Assembly: GCA_963743915.1 (NCBI GenBank)
Contig: CAVURN010000002.1
Coordinates: 593,551 to 657,550, forward strand
Origin: an uncultured Actinomycetota bacterium
GTDB lineage: Bacteria > Actinomycetota > Actinomycetes > JAHEKZ01
DNA: 64,000 bases
Reading direction: 5' to 3'
Positions 20,241 to 30,266 of the stretch are shown here, in pieces. Within the stretch, counting starts at the first letter, position 1. Each line of letters opens with the position of its first letter. Both the position numbers and the translations under genes were made by a program. The notes below the pieces were generated by a model. It was not told where the DNA came from and made no database searches. It was given only the letters and a program-made list of their open reading frames with translations.

Positions 20241-21397
20241 CGGTCCTCCTCGGGGCGGGACGCGACGTGACCAGCAACGGGGTCGGTCACGGTCGTCGAG
20301 ACGTGGGTCTCCACCGTAGTGCCGTCGCCGGCCAGCGCCTCACGGAGCCGCGTCTCGGCGCTGGGCAGCCAGGGCCACTCGCTCGCCCAGTGCCCCGGGT
20401 CGACGAGAGCGGGGCCGCCCGCCGCCAGGTGCTCGGACGCGGGGTGGTGCCGCAGGTCTGCGGTCACGAACGCGTCCACACCAGCGCTCCGGACGTGCGG
20501 CAGCAGCGAGTCCCCTGCTCCGCCGCAGACAGCGACCCGCTCGACCCGCTCATCGGGCTCGCCGAAGTAGCGCACGCCCTGCGGGGTGGCCGGGAGCACC
20601 CTCGCCACGTGCCCCGCGAACTGCCGCAGACTCATGGGTGTCGCCAGCGTTCCGACACGGCCGAGGCCGGTCCCCGACGCGCTGGGGGCCACCTCGAACA
20701 CGTCGATGGCCACCTCCTCGTAGGGATGCGCCGCGCGCACGGCGTCCAGAGCTGAGGCACGCAGACGACGTGGCACCAGCATCTCGACCCGCACTTCGGG
20801 TGTGACCTCGACGCGTCCGACCTCGCCTATGTGGGGTGTTGCACCCTCACCCGGGGTGAAGGTGCCCGTCCCCTCGACCGTCCAGGCGCAGCGGGTGTAC
20901 TCGCCCAGAGTGCCTGCGCCGGCGTCGCGCAGGGCATCGATCACGGCCCGTGCGTGCGACGGGGGGACGAAGGTGATCACCTTGTCGGACGGCTCCGAGG
21001 GCCAGGCGCGGAGCGGAACGGTGTCGCGCAGACCCAGAACGCCAGCGAGGGCGTCGTTGACGCCATCGGCGGCGACGTCGGCATTGGTGTGCGCCGTGAA
21101 CAGCGCGCAGCCACCACGGATGAGGCGGTGGACCAGCGAGCCTTTGGGAGTGTCAGCGGCGACCGAGTGCACGGGACGGAGCAACAGCGGGTGGTGCGTC
21201 ACCAGCAGGTCGGCCCGCCATGCCAGTGCCTCGTCGACGACAGCCGGCAGCGGGTCGACGGCGAAGAGCACCCGCCGGACGTCGTCTGCGCGATCTCCGC
21301 AGACCAGCCCCACGGCGTCCCACTCCTCGGCCGTCTGCGGCGGGTACAGGGTCTCCAGAACGTCGACGACCTGGCCAAGGGTGGGTGCGGCAGTCAC
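20237..21397 (-). CDS. Nif3-like dinuclear metal centre protein (GTP cyclohydrolase 1 type 2 homologue)
   Basis: VGLVCGD, LLVTHHPLL, ALFTAHTNAD and VTADLRHH; 386 aa with the PII-like insert typical of actinobacteria. Confidence 0.9.
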   Translation of the reverse strand: MTAAPTLGQVVDVLETLYPPQTAEEWDAVGLVCGDRADDVRRVLFAVDPLPAVVDEALAWRADLLVTHHPLLLRPVHSVAADTPKGSLVHRLIRGGCALFTAHTNADVAADGVNDALAGVLGLRDTVPLRAWPSEPSDKVITFVPPSHARAVIDALRDAGAGTLGEYTRCAWTVEGTGTFTPGEGATPHIGEVGRVEVTPEVRVEMLVPRRLRASALDAVRAAHPYEEVAIDVFEVAPSASGTGLGRVGTLATPMSLRQFAGHVARVLPATPQGVRYFGEPDERVERVAVCGGAGDSLLPHVRSAGVDAFVTADLRHHPASEHLAAGGPALVDPGHWASEWPWLPSAETRLREALAGDGTTVETHVSTTVTDPVAGHVASRPEEDR

Positions 21398-21429
21398 CGC
21401 CCGAATGTACTGCCCGCCAAGGCAAGGCC

Positions 21430-21485
21430 TGCCGAGTGCGGTGCTGGTTGACGCTCCGCGGCGTCAACCAGCACCGCACTCGGCA
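21430..21485. terminator. perfect 25-bp-stem hairpin between the ptsI stop and the nif3 start
   Basis: TGCCGAGTGCGGTGCTGGTTGACGC - tccgcg - GCGTCAACCAGCACCGCACTCGGCA. All 25 pairs were checked by hand. Confidence 0.6.
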
Positions 21486-21497
21486 AGTCGGCGGGAT

Positions 21498-23133
21498 CTA
21501 CAGCCCGAGGACGGCCCAGACCGCCTGGCGGGCGTCGGCCGCACTCGCTGCGTCGAACACCGCCTCTGCCGCCGTCCGACAGGCGCCGAGGTCGACGTCG
21601 GCCAGCAGCGCGCGGACGTCCGGGACCGCCACCGGTGCCATCGACAGGGAACGCACGCCCAGCCCGACCAGCACCGCGGCGAGTGCCGGGTCAGCGGCAG
21701 CCTCGCCGCAGACGCCGATCGGACGCCCTGTCAGCTCGGCGCCCCGACACGCCTCGGCCACCAGGTCCAGAACGGCCGGTTGCCACGGGTCGAGCAGCGA
21801 GCCGAGCTCGCCCTGCTGGCGGTCCGCTGCCAGCGCGTACTGAGCGAGGTCGTTGGTCCCGATGCTCGCGAAGTCGACCTCGAACAGCATCTGACGTGCT
21901 CGCAGGGCGGCCGCCGGCACCTCGACCATCACGCCGACGGTCGGCAGCCCGGCTGCCCGCGCCTGGGCGCCGAACCAGCGGGCCTCGGCGACCGTGGACA
22001 CCATCGGCGCCATCACCCACGGCTGCGCGCCGGTGCGGGCGGCCGCGGACGCGAGCGCGGTCAGCTGGCGATCGAGCACCTCCGGGCGTGACACGGCGGT
22101 GCGCAGTCCCCGGACGCCGAGCGCAGGGTTCTCCTCGTCGCCGAGGCCGAGGAAAGGCAAGGGCTTGTCCGAGCCGCCGTCGAGGGTGCGCACCACGATG
22201 CGACGTCCCGACGTAGCGCGAGAACACCTGGGTGTAGGCCTCGACCTGCTCGTCGAGCGATGGCTCGTCCGGGCGTCCGAGGAAGAGGAACTCGGTGCGG
22301 AACAGACCGATGCCCTCCGCGTCCACCTCAGCGGCGGACGTGGCGTCGGCGAGCGTTCCGACGTTGACGAGGAGCTTGACGTCCACGCCGTCCCTGGTGT
22401 GCCCGGGTCCGCTCACCACCTTGGCCCGGCTCCGACGGCGCTGCTCGCGCTCGCGAAGGGCCGTGGTCAGCGCAGCATCGGGGCTGACATGCACCTCGCC
22501 GAGGTCACCGTCGACGACGATCTCTTGGCCATCGGTGGCATCGCGCGCGCTTCGCACGGCGACCACCGCCGGGATGCCCAGGCTGCGCGCGAGGATCGCG
22601 GTGTGGCTGGTCGGCCCGCCCTGCTCGGTCACGATCGCCAGCACCGTCTCGGCGTCCAGGGTGGCGGTGTCGGCCGGCGCCAGGTCGCGGGCGACGAGGA
22701 CATGGGCGTAGCCGGGGCGCGGCAGCTCGGCCACCGCGCGGCCCTCGAGGGCGGCGACCATGCGCTCGCCGACGTCGATGATGTCGGGTGCCCGCTCGGC
22801 GAAGTAGCCACCCAGCGACTGCAGCTTCTCGGCGAACTGAGCGGCAGTGAGACGGACGGCGTCGGACGGCGCGGTACCTCCGTCGACGAGCTTCTGGGAC
22901 CCGCCCACCAGCTCGGGGTCGGCGGCGAACTGCACGAGCGCCTCGAGCACCGCGCGGCCTTCCGGGCTCGTCGCCCGCGCAGCCCTCGCACGCATGTCCT
23001 CGCAGACGCGGGCCGATGCCTGCTCGACCGTCGTTGCCGCTTCGACGCTCGTAGCGCTGGCGCCGTCGTGGCGCACCGCCGGGCCCGCCGCCAGCCCCGG
23101 GCTGGCGGCGATCCCGACGAGCGTGTCGGTCAT
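21498..23133 (-). pseudogene. ptsI: phosphoenolpyruvate-protein phosphotransferase (PTS enzyme I), one frameshift near 22206
   Basis: The N-terminal frame (21691..23133) carries GGPTSHTAILARSLGIPAVV and FRTEFLF. The C-terminal frame (21498..22196) carries VRTLDGGSDKPLPFLG and IGTNDLAQY. The total of 1636 nt is 545 codons plus 1 extra base. Confidence 0.9.
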
Positions 23134-23411
23134 CAGCCGGCTTCCTCGGCATCGAGGTCCTGCTCGAGCAGTGCGACGAGGGAATCCAGTGCCGCCTCGG
23201 CGCCGTCCCCGTCCGCCTGCAGGACGACCGTCTCACCGTGGCTCACGCCGAGGCCGAGCACCGCCAGGATGCTGGCGGCGTTCACCGCCTCACCATCCCC
23301 CTTGGCGATGGTGACCGGGACGCCCGCAGCTGCGGCCGCCTGGGTGAACAACGTCGCCGGGCGGGCGTGCAGGCCCACCGAGCTGGCGACCACGACCTCA
23401 CGTTGTGCCAT
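23133..23411 (-). CDS. ptsH: phosphocarrier protein HPr
   Basis: MAQREVVVASSVGLHARPATLF carries the His-15 motif; 92 aa. ATGA overlap with the ptsI start. Confidence 0.9.
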   Translation of the reverse strand: MAQREVVVASSVGLHARPATLFTQAAAAAGVPVTIAKGDGEAVNAASILAVLGLGVSHGETVVLQADGDGAEAALDSLVALLEQDLDAEEAG

Positions 23412-23437
23412 GACTCCTCCTTGGATCGGTTCGTCGC

Positions 23438-24955
23438 CTACGCGGTCGCGAACAGGCCGGCGTCCTCTGCAGCCTCGAGCGCCGCCTCGTCCTTCGGACG
23501 GAACCGGCTCTTGAGCAGGATGACCAGCGAAGCAGCCAGCGCAGTGCCCGCGACCACCGCCAGGATGTAGGTGGGCCAGCCCTCGACCAGACCGAAGACC
23601 CACACCCCGCCGTGCGGTGCTCGCAGTTCGTTGCCGAACAGCATCACCAGTCCCCCGGTGAGAGCGCTGCCGGCCATGACCGACGGCATGACCCGCAGCG
23701 GATCGCCGGCAGCGAAGGGAATCGCACCCTCGGTGATGAAGGACGCACCGAGGATCCATGCGGCCTTGCCGTTCTCCCGCTCGGCGTGGCTGAACAGCTG
23801 CGGTCGTACCGCACTGGCCAGAGCCATCGCCAAGGGCGGGACCATTCCGGCCGCCATGACCGTCGCCATCACCTGCAAAGCCACGGCGTCCTGCGCCGCG
23901 ATCGCCTCGGCTGTGAGACCGGTGACGGCGAACGTGTAGGCCACCTTGTTGATGGGTCCGCCCATGTCGACCGCCATCATCAGACCGAGGATCACGCCGA
24001 GCAGCACAGCGCTCGTGCCGGACAGCGAGTTCAGCCAGTCGGTCAGCTCGTTGAACACCCAGGCCAGGGGCCGACCGATGACGATGAGCATGAGCGCGCC
24101 GTTGACCAGCGTGGCGATCAACGGGATGACGACGACCGGCATGACACCTCTGACTGCCGTCGGCACCTTCAGCCGTGAGATGGCGAGTGCGAGGAGCCCA
24201 CCGGTGATTCCTCCGACGAGGGCACCGAGGAAGCCGGCGCCCATGATGCCGGCCGCCCATCCGGCGATGAAGCCGGGCGCAAGACCGGGGCGGTCGGCGA
24301 TCGCGTACGCGATGTAGCCGGCAAGGATGGCGTTGAGGAAGCTGAACATCCCGGCACCGATGATGAACAGCAGTCCTGCCCAGTCGTACAGGCTGAGCGC
24401 GCTGAACTGGTCGATGAAGGCGGGCACGTCCGCGTTGACCTCGACGATCCTGTAGCCCGCGTCGCCTTCGGCGATCCGGGCCAGCATGAAGCTGAGCGCG
24501 ATGAGAATGCCGCCGGCGGCCACGAACGGGATCAGGTAGCTCACACCGGTCATCAACCAGCCGCGGACCACGGTGCCCTTGCCCACCTGCCCGCTGGCCC
24601 TGGCGACCGGCGCCGCCGCTGCGGCGACGTGGGGATCGACGGCCGGCGCAGACGCTGCCGCTTCTTCCGCGTCCGCGATGACGTCGGCGGCGTGGTTGAT
24701 GGCGTGCTTCACCGAGACGGTGACCGTCGGCTTGCCGGCGAAGCGCTGACGGTCGCGCACCTCCACGTCCGCGGCGAAGACGACCACGTCAGCGGCAGCG
24801 ATGACTGCCGGGTCGAGGGGTACGGCACCGGCCGATCCCTGGGTCTCGACCTCGATCTCATGACCGGCGTCACGGCCGGCGCCTTCGAGCGCCTCCGCCG
24901 CCATGTAGGTGTGCGCGATGCCCGTGGGGCACGACGTCACGGCAACGATCTTCAC
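23438..24955 (-). CDS. fruA: PTS fructose transporter subunit IIBC
   Basis: IIB MKIVAVTSCPTGIAHTYMAAEAL, then a polytopic IIC region with GGPINK and FITEGAIPFA. Confidence 0.9.
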   Translation of the reverse strand: MKIVAVTSCPTGIAHTYMAAEALEGAGRDAGHEIEVETQGSAGAVPLDPAVIAAADVVVFAADVEVRDRQRFAGKPTVTVSVKHAINHAADVIADAEEAAASAPAVDPHVAAAAAPVARASGQVGKGTVVRGWLMTGVSYLIPFVAAGGILIALSFMLARIAEGDAGYRIVEVNADVPAFIDQFSALSLYDWAGLLFIIGAGMFSFLNAILAGYIAYAIADRPGLAPGFIAGWAAGIMGAGFLGALVGGITGGLLALAISRLKVPTAVRGVMPVVVIPLIATLVNGALMLIVIGRPLAWVFNELTDWLNSLSGTSAVLLGVILGLMMAVDMGGPINKVAYTFAVTGLTAEAIAAQDAVALQVMATVMAAGMVPPLAMALASAVRPQLFSHAERENGKAAWILGASFITEGAIPFAAGDPLRVMPSVMAGSALTGGLVMLFGNELRAPHGGVWVFGLVEGWPTYILAVVAGTALAASLVILLKSRFRPKDEAALEAAEDAGLFATA

Positions 24956-25404
24956 GACACGACCACCTCTCGTTCGAACAGGTCGACGACGTCCTGTGCG
25001 TCGCCCGCCTGCAGGAGCGCGTCCTTGAAGGACGCATGGACCAACCGGCGAGCGAGCGCTGCCAGGACTTTCAGGTGCGCGTCGCCGCCTCCGGCGGGCG
25101 CCGCGATCAGGAAGATCAGATGGGCCGGACCGTCGGCCGCGCCGTAGTCGACGCCAGACGTCGACCGGCCGAACGCCACCGTCGGCTCGGTGACCGCGTC
25201 GGACCGCGCGTGCGGGATGCCGATGCCGCCTTCGAGGCCGGTCGGCATCTGTTGCTCGCGTGCGCGGACATCAGCGAGGAAGACGTCCAGGTCCGTCACT
25301 CGGCCCTGTGCCTGCATGAGCTCGGCGAGACGGGCGGTGGCGGCGTCCTTGTCGCCGGCCTCGAGGGCCAGGTCGACGAGCGACGTCGAGATCAGACTGG
25401 TCAT
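24952..25404 (-). CDS. PTS IIA component (fructose/mannitol EIIA-2 type)
   Basis: 150 aa with GIGIPHAR (phospho-His). It has 4-nt overlaps with both neighbours. Confidence 0.88.
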   Translation of the reverse strand: MTSLISTSLVDLALEAGDKDAATARLAELMQAQGRVTDLDVFLADVRAREQQMPTGLEGGIGIPHARSDAVTEPTVAFGRSTSGVDYGAADGPAHLIFLIAAPAGGGDAHLKVLAALARRLVHASFKDALLQAGDAQDVVDLFEREVVVS

Positions 25405-26357
25405 GCGAGCTCCTTGGTGAGGGCGGCCGGGGACGTGGTCAGGTCGACCACCCGGACGGCGGAGGTGTCGATGAGATCCGGGTCGGGAACCCCGGTTCCG
25501 GATGTGGCGACCGCTGCGGTGGCCCACGCCACTCCCGTACGCAGCGCCTGCAGCGGACCGCGTCCGACGGCCTGGAGGTAGCCCGCCAGAAGTGCGTCGC
25601 CTGCGCCCACCGTGTTGCGCACCTCCGCCACCGGCGCAGCTGCGTGGACGCGCGAGGTGTCGTCGACCAGCACGGCTCCGTCGGCACCGAGGCTGCACAG
25701 GACGCGTCCGGCACCACGTTCCCGCAGGACGTCGCAGGCCTCCACCACTCCCCCGACCGACGTCACCGGGCGCCCGACGGCCTCCGCAAGCTCGTCACGG
25801 TTGGGTTTGACGAGGTCGGGCTGGTGCCGAAGCCCGGCGGTCAGGGCCGGACCACTGGTGTCGAGAGCGACGAGAGCGCCGGACGCGTGCGCGCGCTCGA
25901 TGAGCATCGCGACGACCACAGGCCCGGCACCCGGAGGCAGGCTTCCCCCGATGACGACCCAGTCACCGGACTGCACGCGGCGCTCGACGGCCTCGAGCAC
26001 GGCGTCGATCTCCTCGGCGGAGAGGAGGGGGCCGGGTTCGTTGAGCTTGGTGGTGGTTCCGTCCGGCTCGGCAACGGTGATGTTCGCGCGAGTCGCTCCG
26101 CCGATGCTGACGGGCTCGACATCGACACCGGCATCGGCGAGCTGGGCCACCAGCGCCTTGCCGATCGAACCTCCCACCGGCAGGACCGCCAGCGCCTCAC
26201 CGCCGTGTGCGACGAGTGCGCGGGCGACATTGACGCCCTTGCCGCCGGGGTCGTCACGTGTGGCGTCCGCGCGGAGCACAGCCCCGCGGACGAGCTCGTG
26301 CACCAGAAGGGTGCGGTCGAGGCTGGGGTTGAGCGTGACGGTGACAATCATGCGCAC
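25401..26357 (-). CDS. fruK: 1-phosphofructokinase (PfkB family)
   Basis: TVTLNPSLDRT, GGKGVNVARAL, KPNRDELA and GAGDALLAGYL. Confidence 0.9.
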   Translation of the reverse strand: MRMIVTVTLNPSLDRTLLVHELVRGAVLRADATRDDPGGKGVNVARALVAHGGEALAVLPVGGSIGKALVAQLADAGVDVEPVSIGGATRANITVAEPDGTTTKLNEPGPLLSAEEIDAVLEAVERRVQSGDWVVIGGSLPPGAGPVVVAMLIERAHASGALVALDTSGPALTAGLRHQPDLVKPNRDELAEAVGRPVTSVGGVVEACDVLRERGAGRVLCSLGADGAVLVDDTSRVHAAAPVAEVRNTVGAGDALLAGYLQAVGRGPLQALRTGVAWATAAVATSGTGVPDPDLIDTSAVRVVDLTTSPAALTKELA

Positions 26358-27109
26358 ACCACCCGGGGCCCAACAGCCTCGATCTCGGCGACGACCGCCG
26401 CATCGAGCCCGGTGTCGGTGATGACAGTGTCGACGTCGGCGAGCGATCCGAAACGGGCGAAGTGGTCGGCACCGAACTTGGTGTGGTCGGCCAGCACGAC
26501 CGCCCGGCGCGCCGAATGGATGAGTGCGCTCTTCACCGCGGCTTCGGAGCGGTCGGGCGTCGTCAGCCCTCGTGCGGCGGAGACGCCGTTGGCGCCGACG
26601 AACGCGACGTCGACGAAGAGGCCACGCAGGAACTGCTGGGCCGCCTCGTCCACGGTGGCGAGGGTCCGCTGGCGCACGCGACCGCCTACCAGGTGGAGCG
26701 TGATGTTCGGGGCGATGGCCAGACGCATCGCGTGCGGGAGGCTGTTGGTGACGACGGTGATCTCGCGGTCGACCGGCAGCAGCTCGACCAGGCGCATCGT
26801 CGTGGTGCCGGCGTCGATCGCGATGGTCCCGTCGTCGGGCAGCTCGGCCAGCGCAGCCTTGGCGATGCGCTCCTTCTCGGCGACCAGGACGCCCTCACGG
26901 ACCGCCACCGCAGGCTCGACCCCGAGCCGCTCGACGGGGATGGCGCCACCGTGGACGCGTCGCACGAGCCCCTGGCGCTCCAGGACGGTGAGGTCGCGGC
27001 GCACCGTCTCAGCCGTGACCCCGAGCTCGTCGGCGGCGCGAGAGACGTCCACGCGACCGTCTCGACGGGCCGTGCTGAGGATCAGCTGTTGGCGCTCGGC
27101 GGGGTACAT
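26348..27109 (-). CDS. DeoR family transcriptional repressor of the fructose operon
   Basis: MYPAERQQLILSTARRDGRVDVSRAADELGVTAETVRRDL plus a DeoR C-terminal sugar-binding domain. An alternative ATG is at 27118; the track ORF to 27211 is an extension. Confidence 0.88.
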   Translation of the reverse strand: MYPAERQQLILSTARRDGRVDVSRAADELGVTAETVRRDLTVLERQGLVRRVHGGAIPVERLGVEPAVAVREGVLVAEKERIAKAALAELPDDGTIAIDAGTTTMRLVELLPVDREITVVTNSLPHAMRLAIAPNITLHLVGGRVRQRTLATVDEAAQQFLRGLFVDVAFVGANGVSAARGLTTPDRSEAAVKSALIHSARRAVVLADHTKFGADHFARFGSLADVDTVITDTGLDAAVVAEIEAVGPRVVCA

Positions 27110-27295
27110 GCGGATCATCGAAGACCCTAACCAAACAGATGTCAATAGATTCGGACAGAATCCCACACAAAACTTCCCGAAACTCACACTGTGACGCCTT
27201 GTCTTACCCATGGGTCGGACGTAGGACTGCCCCTATCGGCTCGGCGCGCACCAGGGTCGTCCTGAGCAGCAGCCGCCGGGCGGAGAGGCAACGCC

Positions 27296-27580
27296 ATGTA
27301 CGGAACGGTGATGATCGCGCGTCCGGCAGTCTCCATCGACGAGCTCCGCGCACGCTTGGAGAAGTGGGAGGCGAACCGCTCTCGCCCGATCGGTTACGTC
27401 GACCAGTGGGTGATGGCCGCCGATGACGACCGCGTGGTGATGGCAGTTCGCTTCGAGTCGAAGGAGAAGTACCTCGCCCTCGCTGACGACCCCGCCCAGG
27501 ACGAGTGGTGGAGCACCGAGATGGCGCCGCTCCTCTCCGGCGACCCGGAGTGGATCGACGGGGAGTGGATCAAGGTCTAG
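27296..27580 (+). CDS. small hypothetical protein (94 aa)
   Basis: The ATG follows GGAGAGG and GC3 is good. Possibly an ABM/ferredoxin-like fold, but no diagnostic motif. Confidence 0.5.
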   Translation: MYGTVMIARPAVSIDELRARLEKWEANRSRPIGYVDQWVMAADDDRVVMAVRFESKEKYLALADDPAQDEWWSTEMAPLLSGDPEWIDGEWIKV

Positions 27581-28440
27581 GGAGTCTGCGGGGAGCGGTG
27601 GCCGATCCAGAGGGTGAAGCGGGTCAATGACCGAAAGCCCATCGACCGGTAGACCGGCTGACCGTCGTCGGAGGCGATGAGCACGGCTGGCTTGGTGGGG
27701 TCTGCGTTCGCCGCGGCCTGGGTGACGGCACGCCCGAATCCGCGCCCGCGATACTCCGGTCGGCAGGTCACCAGCGTGACGTCGACGATCTGGTCGGTGA
27801 CGAAGGATGCTGCCGTGGCCACTGGCACGCCGTCGCAGTAGCCGACGAACACGTGCCAGGCGGGATGGTCGAGCAGGGTCGGTCCGACGAAGACGCCGCG
27901 ACGCCACGGAAGCAGGTCGGGGACCGGGTACGCCTCAAGCAGCACCTGTTCGAAATGGTCGAGCTGCTCGAGGGTCTGTGCCTGCAGCACCCGCAGGTCT
28001 TGCGGAACGGGGCGTCCGGCGTCCGCAAGGTGGGGCAATCGCGCCATGCACGGCGGATGGCCGACCGGGTCGAGACCCATGCCCCGCAGGTCCGGCGTGG
28101 GGAAGAGGCTGTAGACGAGGTACGGCCCGCCCTGGCGTGCCGAAAAGGCCTCCGTCTGGCGGCGGATGAGAGAAGCAGCGCCTTCGGCGTCGACGGGACG
28201 GCTCCAGATCACCGGGTTGCCGAAGACGCTGGCCGATCCGGCGTCCACCCAGGTGGCGCCTGCGGCCTGGTCGCCCCCGACCGTGGCGCCGACTGTTGCG
28301 CCCCACGAGGTCCACAGCTGACGCTCGGCACGTCCGAAGTCGAGCAGCAGGTTGTCACCGTCCGGCGTCTGTGCGTCGTACCCCGGGTCGAGGTACTCCC
28401 CCTCGGTGGCCGCGAGCGATGCGGCGTCGAGCTCGGCCAT
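27577..28440 (-). CDS. GNAT family N-acetyltransferase
   Basis: The C-terminal half has VTCRPEYRGRGFGRAVTQAA (acetyl-CoA motif A). Confidence 0.8.
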   Translation of the reverse strand: MAELDAASLAATEGEYLDPGYDAQTPDGDNLLLDFGRAERQLWTSWGATVGATVGGDQAAGATWVDAGSASVFGNPVIWSRPVDAEGAASLIRRQTEAFSARQGGPYLVYSLFPTPDLRGMGLDPVGHPPCMARLPHLADAGRPVPQDLRVLQAQTLEQLDHFEQVLLEAYPVPDLLPWRRGVFVGPTLLDHPAWHVFVGYCDGVPVATAASFVTDQIVDVTLVTCRPEYRGRGFGRAVTQAAANADPTKPAVLIASDDGQPVYRSMGFRSLTRFTLWIGHRSPQTP

Positions 28441-28441
28441 C

Positions 28442-28777
28442 TCAGTGGGTCACCGCGTCGTTCCCCATCTGGACCAGAACGATGCCGACCATGACCACTG
28501 CGAGCCCGATTGCGGTCATGACGGAGATCTTGTCGCCGAAGATCCACATTCCGATCACGGTGACCAGCGCGATCCCGAACGCGGACCAGATCGCGTAGAC
28601 AACACCCTGCGGGATGCCGGTCTTGAGGACGAGCGACAGGAGGTAGAACGAGATGCCGTATCCGATGACCACCGCGATCGAGGGAAGCAGCTTCGAGAAC
28701 CCGTCCGTGGCACGCAGGAAGGCCGTGCCCACGACCTCGAACGCAATCGCCAGCGCGAGGAGCAACCACGTCGGCAT
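28442..28777 (-). CDS. SMR family multidrug efflux transporter (EmrE/QacE-like)
   Basis: 111 aa with four TM segments, starting MPTWLLLALAIAFEVVGTAFLR (conserved Glu), plus GVVYAIWSAFG. Confidence 0.88.
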   Translation of the reverse strand: MPTWLLLALAIAFEVVGTAFLRATDGFSKLLPSIAVVIGYGISFYLLSLVLKTGIPQGVVYAIWSAFGIALVTVIGMWIFGDKISVMTAIGLAVVMVGIVLVQMGNDAVTH

Positions 28778-28915
28778 GAGATCCGTCCTTGTCGAGAAGT
28801 TGGGGACAAGTCGCGCCAGCCTACCTACCCGGGCGTAGCTCCTTGGTGCCCTGTGAGTGCTGACGGGCAAAGAGTAGGAAGGCACTCTCAGGCCCGTCCC
28901 TTGGAGGCACCCGAG

Positions 28916-29242
28916 ATGCCCAGTGCCTGGACAGCGAGTGTGTCGTCGCGCCGACTTCCTGTTCCGCGCTCACGGGGCCTGATCGCACTGACTGCCGACG
29001 TCTGGAGGGCGGGGCGTTCGCGTTTCCTCGTCAACCTCGTCGGATGGCCGCTCGGTGTCGCCCTGGGTGTCTGGCTGCTGTTGGCGTACGAAGGAGTCGC
29101 TGGTGTTGGGCTGATGGTGGTCCTCGGACTGGTCACCGAGTGGGCCTACCGCGTCGACGAGGGTTCCGGGGAGCTGCGATGGTGGCAAGAGGTGCTTCTC
29201 TGGATCGACGACGCCGATGACGGCGATGGCTCGGACGACTGA
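28916..29242 (+). CDS. small membrane protein, hypothetical
   Basis: The ATG follows GGAGG. Two hydrophobic segments and an acidic tail DDADDGDGSDD. The 5' part of track ORF 28352..29242 is antisense to the SMR gene. Confidence 0.5.
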   Translation: MPSAWTASVSSRRLPVPRSRGLIALTADVWRAGRSRFLVNLVGWPLGVALGVWLLLAYEGVAGVGLMVVLGLVTEWAYRVDEGSGELRWWQEVLLWIDDADDGDGSDD

Positions 29243-29687
29243 CCCGCAAACTCACATCAAGATCACCGGACTGCCGGACACGGCCCACGACGAAGGGCAT
29301 CCTGTGGGCATGACCGCGCCCACCGCCGCACCGGAGAGCGACGCCGCGCCGCGGCGGACACGTACAGCCAGACGAGTCGCGATGGTTGCCGCAACCCTCA
29401 TCGTGCTGCTCGCGCTCGGTCTCATCGCGGGATACGGCTGGTGGCGCTACGAGAAGGTGTATGCCTACGACGACTATCTGCGGGGCTACGCGCTCGGGGA
29501 GCACTGGCACGCGACGGATCGCAAGGGCAATTGCGAGACCGAGGCGCGACGCCTGTATCCGAGCACGAGGGCACATCCCTTCCCACGCGGCCTCAACGCC
29601 TTCCGGGCCGGCTGCGCAGACGGACTTGCGGGCGTCCCAGCATCAGGTTGGACCTTGCACGACCGCCTGGCAGTGATGGCCGACTAG
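29217..29687 (+). CDS. membrane-anchored hypothetical protein
   Basis: A single TM segment, VAMVAATLIVLLALGLIAGYGWW. Start uncertain (29217 or the ATG at 29310). Confidence 0.5.
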   Translation: MTAMARTTDPQTHIKITGLPDTAHDEGHPVGMTAPTAAPESDAAPRRTRTARRVAMVAATLIVLLALGLIAGYGWWRYEKVYAYDDYLRGYALGEHWHATDRKGNCETEARRLYPSTRAHPFPRGLNAFRAGCADGLAGVPASGWTLHDRLAVMAD

Positions 29688-29699
29688 GCCTGTTGCCGT

Positions 29700-30167
29700 A
29701 TGGTGGCCGCGCACCGCTCGCACGCAGCAGGCCACATGCCTCCGCCCAGGCCGAAAACGCTTCCGAAGACTCTCGCAGCGGTCGCACTGACGACGGCGCT
29801 CATCAGCGGATGCAGCCTCTTCAACCGTGACGCGGCAGCCACCTGGGACCTGGCACCAGACCAGTCGCTTGACGCCGAGACCACCACCTTCACCGCGCTA
29901 GTCACGCGCCTCGACTGCAACAGCGGGATCACCGGCGAGGTGAACGAGCCCGAAATCGAGTTCACCGACAGCGAGGTGGTCATCACCTTCACCGTCAGCC
30001 CCCGCACACGCGGCGATGGGGATTGCCAGGGCAACGACCAGATTCGTCATGAAGTCGATCTGCCGCAGGCGCTTGGGGATCGGGCGCTCGTCGACGGCCA
30101 ATGCGCGGCTTCGGAGGCGGACGGCACCGAGCCATGCCGTCCCGACGGCGTCCGCTACACCCCGTAA
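29700..30167 (+). CDS. putative lipoprotein
   Basis: Signal sequence plus lipobox LAAVALTTALISGC. Start may be M13 at 29736. Confidence 0.6.
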   Translation: MVAAHRSHAAGHMPPPRPKTLPKTLAAVALTTALISGCSLFNRDAAATWDLAPDQSLDAETTTFTALVTRLDCNSGITGEVNEPEIEFTDSEVVITFTVSPRTRGDGDCQGNDQIRHEVDLPQALGDRALVDGQCAASEADGTEPCRPDGVRYTP

Positions 30168-30190
30168 GACTGCCTTGAAGGGAACTTCGA

Positions 30191-30266
30191 TGGTGGGCGC
30201 AGACGGACTTGAACCGCCGACCGCCGGTTTGTAAGACCGGAGCTCTACCAGCTGAGCTATACGCCC
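30191..30266 (-). tRNA. tRNA-Val (anticodon TAC), CCA encoded
   Basis: The reverse complement GGGCGTATAGCTCAGCTGGTAGAGCTCCGGTCTTACAAACCGGCGGTCGGCGGTTCAAGTCCGTCTGCGCCCACCA folds as a cloverleaf. The anticodon loop is CTTACAA. Confidence 0.92.
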
